NCBI GenBank assembly: GCA_030673895.1
Contig: JAUTCR010000015.1
Coordinates: 753-64,752, forward strand
Direction: 5' to 3'
DNA from: Verrucomicrobiota bacterium JB023
Lineage (GTDB): Bacteria > Verrucomicrobiota > Verrucomicrobiia > Verrucomicrobiales > Akkermansiaceae
DNA: 64,000 bases
Shown here: positions 38,435-47,883 of the stretch, in pieces
Numbering within the stretch: position 1 is the first letter of the stretch
How the letters are laid out: each line of letters begins with the position of its first letter
Position numbers and translations under genes: made by a program
The notes under the pieces: generated by a model
What the model was told of the DNA's origin: nothing
Databases searched by the model: none
What the model saw: only the letters and a program-made list of their open reading frames with translations

Positions 38435-39361
38435 ATGACTGAATGCGTATTGCTGTTCGCGGGCCAAGGAGCCCAAAAGGTCGGCATGGGAAAAGACCTC
38501 ATCGAGGCGAGTCCCAAGGCCAAGGCGTTGTTTGAAAAAGCCGATGAGGTTCTCGGGCGCGACCTGTCTAAGATTGTCTTTGAAGGGCCGGAAGAGGAGT
38601 TGACCAAGACTGCCAATTGCCAGCCCGCTCTCTTTGTCCACGGTCTCGCGATGTGGGAGATTCTCCAAGAGCAGGTGCCCGGGCTGAAGGCTGTCGCGGC
38701 GGCTGGTCTGTCCTTGGGAGAAATGACCGCCCACACGGCAGCAGGGAGCTTTTCCTTCGAAGAGGGGCTCCGGGTCGTGGCCCAGCGGGGCCAACTGATG
38801 GATGAGGCCTGCGCGGAGACTGCGGGGGCGATGGCCGCCATGGTCGGCGGTAATGAGGAATCGGTCCGTGAGCTGGCTGAGGAGAGCGGAGTCGATGTCG
38901 CCAACCTCAACGCTCCGGGCCAGATCGTGCTTTCCGGCACCATCGAGGGAATTGACAAAGCCGTGGCTGCAGCGAAGAGCAAGAAGATCAAGCTGGCCAA
39001 GAAGCTGAAGGTTGCAGGGGCCTATCACTCGCGCCTGATGGCGGGGGCCCAGGAGAAACTGGGGCCTGTCCTGGCTGGGGCAGATATCAAAGAGCCGTCC
39101 ATCCCGGTCATTTCGAATTTGCTCGCCAAGCCTGTCGCTACGCCGGAGGAAATCCGTGATTCGCTTCAGCGCCAGGTTACCGGCTCGGTCCGCTGGGTGG
39201 AGTCGATTCAACTTCTTCGCCAGCAAGGGAATCAGCTCTTCATCGAGCTGGGACCGGGCAAGGTCCTCGCTGGTTTGGTCTCCCGGATCGACAAGGAAGC
39301 GACCGTTTTGACCGCAGGGGACTGGGATTCTCTGGCTAGTGTCATAAAAGATCTCAAATAG
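38435..39361 (+). CDS. fabD: malonyl-CoA:ACP transacylase
   Basis: LFAGQGAQKVGMG, the active-site motif GLSLGE and AYHS. Confidence 0.9.
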   Translation: MTECVLLFAGQGAQKVGMGKDLIEASPKAKALFEKADEVLGRDLSKIVFEGPEEELTKTANCQPALFVHGLAMWEILQEQVPGLKAVAAAGLSLGEMTAHTAAGSFSFEEGLRVVAQRGQLMDEACAETAGAMAAMVGGNEESVRELAEESGVDVANLNAPGQIVLSGTIEGIDKAVAAAKSKKIKLAKKLKVAGAYHSRLMAGAQEKLGPVLAGADIKEPSIPVISNLLAKPVATPEEIRDSLQRQVTGSVRWVESIQLLRQQGNQLFIELGPGKVLAGLVSRIDKEATVLTAGDWDSLASVIKDLK

Positions 39362-39455
39362 ATGCAGTTTTTAGTTGCGCGCAGTTGGGATTCTCACTAG
39401 CTTGCGCGCCCACGCCAGCGGGGCCGCTGAAAAGCCAACCGCAGGTCACTACCAA

Positions 39456-39532
<77 letters not shown>

Positions 39533-39632
39533 CTTCAAGCTTCTTTAAGCGGCGAAGGGCATTGATTGGCCAAGCTCCTATCGATGATAATCTGCTTGGT
39601 GAACATAATCGACTTGGTCTTGCTCAATTCGG

Positions 39633-39663
39633 AAATGCGCTGATTCCAGCGCATTTTTTTTTT
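39633..39663. terminator. rho-independent terminator downstream of tRNA-Asp
   Basis: Hairpin AAATGCGCTG(attc)CAGCGCATTT followed by a T-run of about 10. The A-run on the other side makes it potentially bidirectional. Confidence 0.65.
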
Positions 39664-40088
39664 GGCGACTGGAGTTATCTTGCGAGCCGCAGAACTTCGG
39701 AGCTTGTCGTTGAAGTGTCTTGGAGTCGTCAGACCGACGACTTAGCTCGCAAATCGGTAAGCTGTCCGCACGGCATTCGAAGACATCGGAAGCCACTGCA
39801 AGAGAACTGACGGTCAGAGACGAGCAGCAACTTTCGTCCGAAGCCGGAAAAACAGTTTGTCGAAAATCGGCGGATCGGGTCAGCTAAGGATAATCGTTTT
39901 TGTTGTCTAAGTCTATCTCTAAGCGATATGGCTGGCAGAATTGGAGATGATTTGGTTTTTCGATAAATGGATGTGGTCAACCAGCAAGCTTATCAACTCA
40001 TTTCACCTTGTCGCTTAGGGAGATGACTTTGCAAACTGGACAAGAGTAATCGCTATTCCTCAGCGCATTCTTCCAAAAACCGATTATC

Positions 40089-40787
40089 ATGTTTAAAACC
40101 CAAAATCTAATGTTAGGCGCTCTTCTTGTGGGAGCTTCTGTAGGCCACTCTGCGGTGCTCGCCTCCTACGAGTTTGACAATACGGGCTCAACCAACGACA
40201 GCGAGTCAGCGAATTCTGCTTGGTTCGCGGCCACGACCGTCGATCCCAATGTGGTCGGTGGCGGATTCACCTCCGGTTCGGGAGTCGATCCATTGGTTAT
40301 TGCCAACACCGATGTGCTTTTCGCCGCCGAAGGGCAAGGCATGTCTGATGGAACGACGGCGGATTTGGCTGGAGCCATCGTAGATGGAGATTATTTTGGA
40401 GTCACCATTGCGGCTGCTCCGGGATACACCCTCGATCTGGACAATGTCACTTTCAACGTAGGCCGAGCCAATAATGGAACGCGGGATTACGCTTTTTTCA
40501 CTAGTGTGGGAGGATTCTCGGTCGGGGATCAGGTCGTTTATGCCGAAAATGCGATCACCGCAGATTCGATCAACAGTACCCAGACAATCGATCTGAGTGG
40601 CGCTTCCTATGAGGGGCTCACGAGTATCGAATTTCGCATTGTATTCGACCGGCGTGTCAACAACAGCGGATACTCGTCGGCAACCTTCATTGACAACTTC
40701 ACAGTGAACGGGGCGGCGATCCCCGAGCCCTCTTCAGCGGCTTTGCTTTGTCTTGGCGCCTTCGCTCTCGTGCGTCGCCGCCGATAG
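40089..40787 (+). CDS. PEP-CTERM sorting-domain protein
   Basis: Signal peptide plus the C-terminal IPEPSSAALLCLGAFALVRRRR (PEP motif, TM helix, Arg cluster). Confidence 0.85.
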   Translation: MFKTQNLMLGALLVGASVGHSAVLASYEFDNTGSTNDSESANSAWFAATTVDPNVVGGGFTSGSGVDPLVIANTDVLFAAEGQGMSDGTTADLAGAIVDGDYFGVTIAAAPGYTLDLDNVTFNVGRANNGTRDYAFFTSVGGFSVGDQVVYAENAITADSINSTQTIDLSGASYEGLTSIEFRIVFDRRVNNSGYSSATFIDNFTVNGAAIPEPSSAALLCLGAFALVRRRR

Positions 40788-40815
40788 TCATTTTTGGATC
40801 AGTTCCGCTTTTGAG

Positions 40816-40846
40816 AAGCTTCCTGGCAGACAGGGAGCTTTTTTTG
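40816..40846 (+). terminator. rho-independent terminator
   Basis: Hairpin AAGCTTCCTG(gcaga)CAGGGAGCTT followed by TTTTTGTT. Confidence 0.65.
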
Positions 40847-40988
40847 TTCCCACAGGTCGGGCAGGGTGCGGCCCGTTCTCACCTTGTTCGCCAAAAGGCT
40901 GGTTGCGAAAGCTTTCTCGGCTAAGTCTCGACAGGAATTGAATGAAAAAGACAAAGTCTTCCTTAAGTAAACAAAAGAGATTTTCCTG

Positions 40989-43745
40989 ATGACCATTTCC
41001 AAGAATTTGATTCCGCTGGCGAGCAGCTTCGGCCTTTTCGCCGTCCTATCCCTTCCGGCAGCGGAACCCAACCTCGCCGATCCTGCCAAGCATCCCTACG
41101 CTGACGTTAAAAAAGGTCGCGAAGGATACGCTCTGGCGGGTGAACGTATCAACCAATTCCGGCTCTACGACTTCTATCAACGTCAGGCGGACTACTACAT
41201 GGCCCGTCCCGAAGAGATGCCAGAGGTTTTGCCTGCCTACCCGGGGCTGGATGGCGGAAATTTCGGGCATTGGGGGAAGTTCAACCAGAACCGCTACTCG
41301 GACGACCGCTGGAACGAGGGCGAGCTGGGCGAGGTCTTCACGCATGTGTTCCGCTCGGATGACTTCTCGCTCTTGAAGCCGGTTCTCGTTCGTCTGGGGG
41401 AATCTCGCGAGCTTTCTGCCGCCTTCGATCCATTGACCTTGCGCTATCGGGCAGTGTGGAAGGATGGCTTCGTAAAGTTCGATGGCTTTCGCTGGGGTTC
41501 CTCTCGCAGCGCTTCGTTGGAAGGAAGCAAGCTTTACCTGGATGAGAAGGGGACGGCTCCCCGCGATTTTCACTACGACGGCTACCGGCGTTATGGGAAG
41601 CGGATTGTCTTTCACTACCGCTTGGGAGAGAGCCGTGTCAATGACGAGCCTTGGGCGGTGGGAGAGGCGCTTTATCGCCGCATCGAGATTTCTCCCCGGC
41701 AGGCCAAGGCCAGCATCATCCTACCCACGGGGCAGGGGATCAGCAATACCATCGTGTCTGAGGAGGGGCTCACCGCCCGGCTGGGTCGGGATGGCAGACT
41801 CCTGCTGACGGGCCAAGTGCCGCGTGCCCATGTGGTCGTGAGGACGACATTCTCGGCAGAGGCCGAGGGTGACGACGCTGCTGCCCTGGCTCACTTCGCC
41901 AAGCCTCGCCGGCAGGTTAAGCGCTGGCCGGAGGTCCTGACCGTCAAGAGCGAGCTGGGCAAGGCGCCCGAGGGGGTGCCTTATGCGGTGGATACCATCG
42001 GAATTCCCTTCGACAATCCTTACAAAATGGTGATGCAGCTCACCAGCGTGGCCTTCTTGCCGACGGGTGAGGCTCTGGTGGCCACGCTTCCCGGAGATAT
42101 CTGGAAGGTTACCGGACTGAATGAGGAACTGAAGGAAGTGCAGTGGTCCCGCTTCGCCACCGGGTTCAATCAACCGATGGGGATTCATGTTGATCGGGAT
42201 GGCATCTTCGTGCTCGACCGGGGGCAGATCTACCGTCTGCATGACGAAAATGGGGACGGGGAAGTCGATTACTACGAGAACTATGCCAATGACTTTGGAG
42301 GGTATCAAAAGAGCCACACCCACACCTTCGGGCTCCATCGCACCGCCGACGGCAGTTTCCATTTCACGCAGCGGGAGAGCATTCTCCGCACTGGGCCGGA
42401 CCGCAAGACGGAGGCCCGCGCCAGTGGCGTGCGGAACTGCATGGGCATTGGAGGCTCGGATGACTACTTCTGGGCCGCTCCTCAGGAAGGCACGTGGACG
42501 CCGGCATCCTCCATCATCGAGGTGCATAATGAGGAGTTCTACGGCCTGCCGTCCAAGACCGACTTCACGAAGACGATCTCGCCCGCAATGTGCTACATCC
42601 CCCGCGGGGTGGACAATTCCACCGGGGGGATGGTGGAGATCACCAGCGACAAGTGGGGCCCGCATCAGGGTAATCACGTGATGCTTAGCTTCGGATCGGG
42701 GATCCACTATCTCATCCTGCGGGATGGAGAGGGACCTCGGCCGCAGGGCGGTGTGGTGCCCTTGGAGGGGGAGTTTCTCGCCGGTTCGATGCGGGGGGAC
42801 TTTCATCCGCAGGATGGTCAGCTCTATCTCGTCGGCCTTGATGGCTGGGGCGATTACTCCCTGCAGGATGGCTGCTTCCACCGGGTCCGTTACACTGGGG
42901 GAGTGTCCTATAAGCCGACGGGGCTCCGCGTGCACCGCAATGGCATCCGCATCGATTTCCCTATCGCGCTCGACCCTTCCAGCGCGAGTGAGGTGACGAA
43001 CTTCTTTGCACACAGCTGGAACTACGAGTATGCCAAGCGCTACGGCTCTCCCGAATTCTCAGCGAAATCGCCAGACTCCCTCGGGCACGATCCAGAGACT
43101 ATCCGCAGCGTCCAGCTGCTTGAGGGCGGCAAGTCCCTCTTTGTCGAGATTCCGGAAATGCAGCCTGTGATGCAATTGCACATCCGCATGCACCTCACCG
43201 CCGCTGATGGGCACGAGTTCAAGACCGATCTCTTCGCCTCTCCCTTGGCTCCCGGCGAGCCTTTCGAGGCTCCGGGGTTGGCCTCGGTCGACGATACTCC
43301 GGTTGCTCCCCTGGAGCTACGTACCGCGCAAGTTCGCAGGCTCCGTAATCAGACTGGACGAGTCATCAAGGGGGAACGTGAAATCGTGGTCAACGCCATC
43401 GGGGGTCTCGTCTATGAGCAAACTGTTCTGGAAGCCAAAGCAGGCGAGCCGCTCGCGTTGAAACTGCGCAATACCGATGTGATGGAGCATAATCTGGTCA
43501 TCGTGAAACCCGGAACGACCAAGAAGGTCGGCGAAGCCTCCTTCAAGATGCTCAATGATCCCAAGGCCGGAGAGAAACATTACGTGCCGGACATGCCGGA
43601 AGTGGTGGCCTACGTGCCCATTGTCGATCCCGGCAAGCATCACATTCTCCACTTCCGCGCACCCAAGACTCCGGGAGATTATCCTTACCTCTGCACCTAC
43701 CCCGGCCATTGGCAGGTGATGCAGGGCGTGCTGAAGGTGCGGTAA
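40989..43745 (+). CDS. large secreted beta-propeller-type protein with C-terminal azurin-like cupredoxin domain
   Basis: Signal peptide. The central region resembles sorbosone/glucose-dehydrogenase-type propellers (DRGQIYRLHDENGDGEVDYYE). The C-terminus has type-1 Cu ligand spacing, HNLVIVKPG...GDYPYLCTYPGHWQVMQG. Confidence 0.65.
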   Translation: MTISKNLIPLASSFGLFAVLSLPAAEPNLADPAKHPYADVKKGREGYALAGERINQFRLYDFYQRQADYYMARPEEMPEVLPAYPGLDGGNFGHWGKFNQNRYSDDRWNEGELGEVFTHVFRSDDFSLLKPVLVRLGESRELSAAFDPLTLRYRAVWKDGFVKFDGFRWGSSRSASLEGSKLYLDEKGTAPRDFHYDGYRRYGKRIVFHYRLGESRVNDEPWAVGEALYRRIEISPRQAKASIILPTGQGISNTIVSEEGLTARLGRDGRLLLTGQVPRAHVVVRTTFSAEAEGDDAAALAHFAKPRRQVKRWPEVLTVKSELGKAPEGVPYAVDTIGIPFDNPYKMVMQLTSVAFLPTGEALVATLPGDIWKVTGLNEELKEVQWSRFATGFNQPMGIHVDRDGIFVLDRGQIYRLHDENGDGEVDYYENYANDFGGYQKSHTHTFGLHRTADGSFHFTQRESILRTGPDRKTEARASGVRNCMGIGGSDDYFWAAPQEGTWTPASSIIEVHNEEFYGLPSKTDFTKTISPAMCYIPRGVDNSTGGMVEITSDKWGPHQGNHVMLSFGSGIHYLILRDGEGPRPQGGVVPLEGEFLAGSMRGDFHPQDGQLYLVGLDGWGDYSLQDGCFHRVRYTGGVSYKPTGLRVHRNGIRIDFPIALDPSSASEVTNFFAHSWNYEYAKRYGSPEFSAKSPDSLGHDPETIRSVQLLEGGKSLFVEIPEMQPVMQLHIRMHLTAADGHEFKTDLFASPLAPGEPFEAPGLASVDDTPVAPLELRTAQVRRLRNQTGRVIKGEREIVVNAIGGLVYEQTVLEAKAGEPLALKLRNTDVMEHNLVIVKPGTTKKVGEASFKMLNDPKAGEKHYVPDMPEVVAYVPIVDPGKHHILHFRAPKTPGDYPYLCTYPGHWQVMQGVLKVR

Positions 43746-43755
43746 CGAAACAGAA

Positions 43756-43788
43756 GAGCCGGACGGACCGAGTCCGGCTCGTCTTTGG
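43756..43788. terminator. hairpin between convergent genes
   Basis: GAGCCGGAC(ggaccga)GTCCGGCTC followed by GTCTTTGG. 9-bp stem with a weak T tract. Confidence 0.45.
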
Positions 43789-43795
43789 AAACGGC

Positions 43796-44725
43796 CTATT
43801 GGTGCGGCTTGAAGCCGTAGCCGAGGACCTCCAGCGTATCGCACATGATCATGAAGGCATCGGCATCGATCTCCCTGACCAAGCGCTTCAAGCGAACAGT
43901 CTCGGCCGGTCGCATGACGATCATCAGAATCTCCCGCTGATCACCCGTGTAGGCACCGCTCCCGCTGAGCTTGGTGACTCCTAGCGGAATCTCCTCCAAG
44001 ACGCGCTCCGTGATCTCATGGGATCTTGCGGAAACGATGAGAGCGACCTTGGAATTGCCCACTCCCGTGAGGACGCCCCGAGCTATCCGGCCGGTGAGGG
44101 TGATGCAGATGAGGGCGCTCAAAACTTGCTCGGGAGTGAAGACGAGGAGGGCTCCGGCGACGACCAAGCCATCCAACATCATGATCCCACGGTCCACCGG
44201 AATCGCGAAGAAGCGATGAAAGGCAAGTGCCAGCGTGCTGAAGCCTCCCACCGAGCCATTGGCACGAAAGACCGTTCCCAGGCCGATGCCTAGCCCGGCC
44301 CCTCCGGCGATGGCAGCGAGAAGAATATTGTCAGTAAGGGCAGGCCAGTCCCGGGAGAGGAGAACGAAAGCAGGAAGCGCCACCATCCCGGTAAGGCTCC
44401 TCATGGCAAAGGCGATGCCAAACCAGCGTAACCCGAGCAAAAGGATGACTGCATTGAAGCCCCATTGCACGAAGGCTGGCTCCCATCCGACGATTGGCTG
44501 TAAGACAAGCGAGAGGCCAACGACTCCGCCGGGAGCCACAAAATTCGGGCGAAGCAGGACATTGAAGCAGATGGCGGCGAGCGCCGTCCCAAAGAGGATT
44601 TTGCAGAAATCCTGCAGCGGTCGTGGCCGGTATTCCCTCGCTTTCAGCACCTTCTGGACTCGCTCAGAGGCAGGAGGACGTTGCAGGGGAGAGGAGCCTG
44701 AATCAGAAGAGTGGACGGAATTCAT
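43796..44725 (-). CDS. YitT-family membrane protein (DUF2179 C-terminal domain)
   Basis: The 5-6 TM core FNVLLRPNFVAPGGVVGLSLVL is typical of YitT/UPF0750 proteins, and the C-terminus is a small soluble domain. Confidence 0.65.
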   Translation of the reverse strand: MNSVHSSDSGSSPLQRPPASERVQKVLKAREYRPRPLQDFCKILFGTALAAICFNVLLRPNFVAPGGVVGLSLVLQPIVGWEPAFVQWGFNAVILLLGLRWFGIAFAMRSLTGMVALPAFVLLSRDWPALTDNILLAAIAGGAGLGIGLGTVFRANGSVGGFSTLALAFHRFFAIPVDRGIMMLDGLVVAGALLVFTPEQVLSALICITLTGRIARGVLTGVGNSKVALIVSARSHEITERVLEEIPLGVTKLSGSGAYTGDQREILMIVMRPAETVRLKRLVREIDADAFMIMCDTLEVLGYGFKPHQ

Positions 44726-44952
44726 ATCAGCAGGGCGGTCAGCGTGGAGGCAACGGATGGGTGCTGGGGGATGTTATCATATCAAAATGGCAAATATGGG
44801 TGAAAATTTACCGGATTAGCCAACGTTGACTGGCTGGACTGATCGCCGGTGCCGGAAGGCGTTCTGTCCTGACGAGCAAAAGGAGGCCGATTCTCCATCA
44901 AAAGAATTGCCCAAGCTCCCGACGGCACCTCTAGAACCGAAGCCATCCCCCC

Positions 44953-46788
44953 ATGCGATTGACGAAGCCAATGATGAAGACACTCCTGACGACCCTGACC
45001 CTATTAGTTTGCTCCCTCTCCCTGTCTCTGGCCCGGACGGTCGAGCTGACGCCGGAAAATCTGGAGATTCGGGGGGAAACCGGTCCGTTCGAGGCCACCT
45101 TGAGCACCCGCGAAGAAGAGCCCGGCGTCCAGATCGTGACCGTCAAGCTGCAGGCCGACGAGCCGGCCAAGCCTCCCAAGTTCACCGTCACTTGGAATAT
45201 TCCCTCCGTGGATATCCAAGGCTTTTGGCTTCCGACGACCAAGGTCGACAAAGCGACGTATTACACCATCAATGTCACCTCGAGGGCCGCGACCTACGCG
45301 CCTGTCGTCAATCTCCATAGCGTCGCGGATCGCAATCGCTTCACCGTCGCCGTTTCGGAAGCCTTGCGGAAGGTGAACTTGCGAGGGGGCGTGCGTGAGG
45401 AAGATGCCCGATTCTACTTCTCAGCCACTTTCTTTGACGAAGACGAGGCAGACCTTGATGAGTGGTCGGCGGAGATTCGCTTCGACACCCGTGATATTGC
45501 CTATGAGGAAGCACTGGCTGGAGTCTCTTCTTGGTGGGCGGAGGACCACGGAATGACGCCCCTCGCGGTACCGGATGCCGCGCGGCGTCCCATGTATTCG
45601 ACTTGGTATGCTTTTCATCAGAAGCTAGAGGAAGACGAGTTGGTCGCGGAGTGTCGCAAGGCGAAGGAGCTGGGCTTTGATGCCATCATTATCGATGACG
45701 GTTGGCAGACCCTGGATAGCCAGCGAGGCTATGCTTACACCGGTGATTGGAAGCCGGAGCGCCTCACGCGCATGGGCGAGATGGTCGAGCAGATCCATGA
45801 CCTTGAGATGAAAGTTCTCCTTTGGTATTCGGTTCCATTCGTCGGTAAAAAGTCGGAGAATTTTTCCCGCTTCAAGGGCAAGTACCTGCGTGAGGGAGGC
45901 GATAGCGGCATTCTTGACCCACGCTACCCCGAGGTGCGCGCTTTCCTCATCGATACCTATGCCGATGCGGTGAAGGATTGGAACCTCGATGGTCTCAAGC
46001 TTGATTTCATCGGCCTCTTCCAAGCCTCAAGCTCGACGGACCTGACCTTGGGCGACGGGCGGGACTACGCCTCGGTTAATGAAGCGCTTGATCGACTGAT
46101 GACCGACATCACCGTCGAGTTGAAGGCGATACGTCCTGATATCTTGCTGGAGTTTCGCCAGAACTACATCGGGCCGCTGATGCGCGAGTATGGCAACATG
46201 TTTCGTGCCTCTGATTGCCCGAATATGGCGGTGGTGAATCGCGTTCGCACCGTCGATTTGCGCCTGCTCTCCGGTGATACCGCGGTTCATTCCGACATGT
46301 ATATGTGGAATGGTGAGGAGACCATCGAGGCCGCTGCAGCGCAGTTACTCAACGTCATTTTTTCGGTGCCCCAGCTCTCGGTGAGACTGGATACCTTGCC
46401 GAAAGAGCATCACGAGATGGTGCGCTTCTGGACGAGTTATTGGAATGACAACCGTGAGGTTTTGCTCGATGGCAAGTTCTCGGCCCAACGTCCTGGAGCC
46501 AATTATCCGGTCGTTTATGCGACCGGGGAGAAAAAGCTCATCGCCGCGCTCTATGAGACACCTTTCGTTGATCTGTCACCGGAACAGGGGCAGACCGTGG
46601 ACCTCATCAATGCCACGGGCGAAGACTTTGTGACCTTCAAGAGTGACCGTGACCTCGGTGCCTGTCGAGTACGGGTCTGGACGCCACTTGGTGAGGAGGT
46701 CTCTGATGAGGAAATGACCTTGTCTGCTGGCGTTCATGCTCTTGATGTGCCCTCGTCCGGCCTCTTGAGCATCGAGCCCAAGAACTAA
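44953..46788 (+). CDS. secreted glycoside hydrolase, alpha-galactosidase (GH27/GH36)-like TIM barrel
   Basis: Signal peptide plus FDAIIIDDGWQ and DGLKLDF motifs. Confidence 0.5.
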   Translation: MRLTKPMMKTLLTTLTLLVCSLSLSLARTVELTPENLEIRGETGPFEATLSTREEEPGVQIVTVKLQADEPAKPPKFTVTWNIPSVDIQGFWLPTTKVDKATYYTINVTSRAATYAPVVNLHSVADRNRFTVAVSEALRKVNLRGGVREEDARFYFSATFFDEDEADLDEWSAEIRFDTRDIAYEEALAGVSSWWAEDHGMTPLAVPDAARRPMYSTWYAFHQKLEEDELVAECRKAKELGFDAIIIDDGWQTLDSQRGYAYTGDWKPERLTRMGEMVEQIHDLEMKVLLWYSVPFVGKKSENFSRFKGKYLREGGDSGILDPRYPEVRAFLIDTYADAVKDWNLDGLKLDFIGLFQASSSTDLTLGDGRDYASVNEALDRLMTDITVELKAIRPDILLEFRQNYIGPLMREYGNMFRASDCPNMAVVNRVRTVDLRLLSGDTAVHSDMYMWNGEETIEAAAAQLLNVIFSVPQLSVRLDTLPKEHHEMVRFWTSYWNDNREVLLDGKFSAQRPGANYPVVYATGEKKLIAALYETPFVDLSPEQGQTVDLINATGEDFVTFKSDRDLGACRVRVWTPLGEEVSDEEMTLSAGVHALDVPSSGLLSIEPKN

Positions 46789-46838
46789 GAAAGACCCAGC
46801 CAGTGCCGCCAGCCCGGGCCTTGAGCCGTGCGCCCTTA

Positions 46839-47156
46839 TCAGTCGAAGACCATGGAGTGCGGCAGCCTGCTGCCGCCTGTGTCAGGGCCAGCCTGCTGGC
46901 CCGAAGTTCGGCTTTTTGTGGTGTGAATGGGCGGGGCTTGTTAGGAAAGTCGTGGCTGGGTTTCGTTCATGATTTTGGGGCGGTTTATTCGGTCTTTCGG
47001 CTCAGCGACCACGCCTCCCAGCAGGCTGGAAGGCTCTTTAGAGCGGCAGCAGGCTGCCGCAGTCCGGGGGACGGGAAGGGTGTTGAAAGCCTGAGAGATC
47101 AGGATGGCTAGCAAGGTTCGCCTGTGTGTCGGCCCTTTCAAGAAACCGCAGCTTGG
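46839..47156. repeat. copy 1 of a 318-bp tandem unit containing a MITE-like inverted-repeat element
   Basis: The arms 46854-46903 and 47014-47065 are imperfect reverse complements: GGAGTGCGGCAGCCTGCTGCCGC..CCAGCCTGCTGG against CCAGCAGGCTGG..GCGGCAGCAGGCTGCCGCAGTCC. Confidence 0.85.
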
Positions 47157-47470
47157 TCAGTCGAAGACCATGGACTGCGGCAGCCTGCTGCCGCCTGTGT
47201 CAGGGCCAGCCTGCTGGCCCGAGGTTCGGGCTTTCTGAGGTGTGGATGGCGGGGGCTTGTTAGGAAAGTCTTGGCTGGGTTTCGCCCATCATTTTGGGGC
47301 GGTTCGTACGATTTTCGGTTCAGCGACCACGCCTCCCAGCAGGCTGGAAGGCTGTTTAGAGCGGCAGCAGGCTGCCGCAGTCCGGGGACGGGAATGGTGT
47401 TGAAAGCCTGAGAGATCAGGATGGCTTGCGAGGTTCGCCTGCGTCAGGGGCCAGTCTGCTGGGTAATGCC
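47157..47470. repeat. copy 2 of the tandem unit, followed by a partial third arm
   Basis: Starts exactly 318 nt after copy 1 with the same TCAGTCGAAGACCATGGA. Arms at 47172-47220 and 47332-47383. The tail GCCTGCGTCAGGGGCCAGTCTGCTGG repeats part of the left arm. Confidence 0.85.
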
Positions 47471-47883
47471 TGAGAATTAGGAAAAAATTACCGGTATCAC
47501 CGACCTCCTGTTCCATGGAGAAACGGGCTCGAGTCATGCTTGTTCCGAGGTCACTTGGCCGTCGCACAATCTTCGATTTTGGTTTCTGAGCCCCGAATAG
47601 AGAAGATAGCAAGTTGATCCGCTCCGCGAGGGAAGGGGACAGATCATCCAGCAAGCAATTACCCCCATGTCACCAAATCGCTTTTGAATAATTGGCGGGA
47701 GCAATCGCTGAACATGAGGGATAAATTGGCCTCGTGGCAATGAGCTAGGAGAATAAGCCACTTAGTTCCATCGTTTTGCAGGATAGGTCTCATTAACGAA
47801 GAAGTTCTCGATACAGTCTTTTCCTCTGCTTGGCAGGGCTTTACATTCCGTTAGCTTCCTGTCTACCGGGAGGGCGCAGCGCG

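Noticed and set aside
39562-39980. Three ORFs of 72-83 aa in the low-GC spacer after tRNA-Asp, considered as possible integrase or transposase remnants.
   Set aside because: I recognise no recombinase, transposase or toxin motif in any frame. One ORF runs straight through the terminator hairpin.
46803-47411. Two track ORFs (46803..47111 and 47124..47411) with similar N- and C-terminal peptides, which look like paralogous small proteins.
   Set aside because: They are read-throughs of the tandem repeat. In the middle section, homologous nucleotides (for example CGGGGCTTGTTAGGAAAGTC) are read in different frames in the two copies because of 1-nt indels. Both have GTG starts without convincing ribosome-binding sites, and their composition is Arg/Ala/Gly-rich.
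46839-47470. Possible CRISPR array.
   Set aside because: The period is 318 nt, not 55-75 nt. The whole unit is repeated, so there are no unique spacers. The internal repeats are inverted rather than direct, and no cas genes are in the window.
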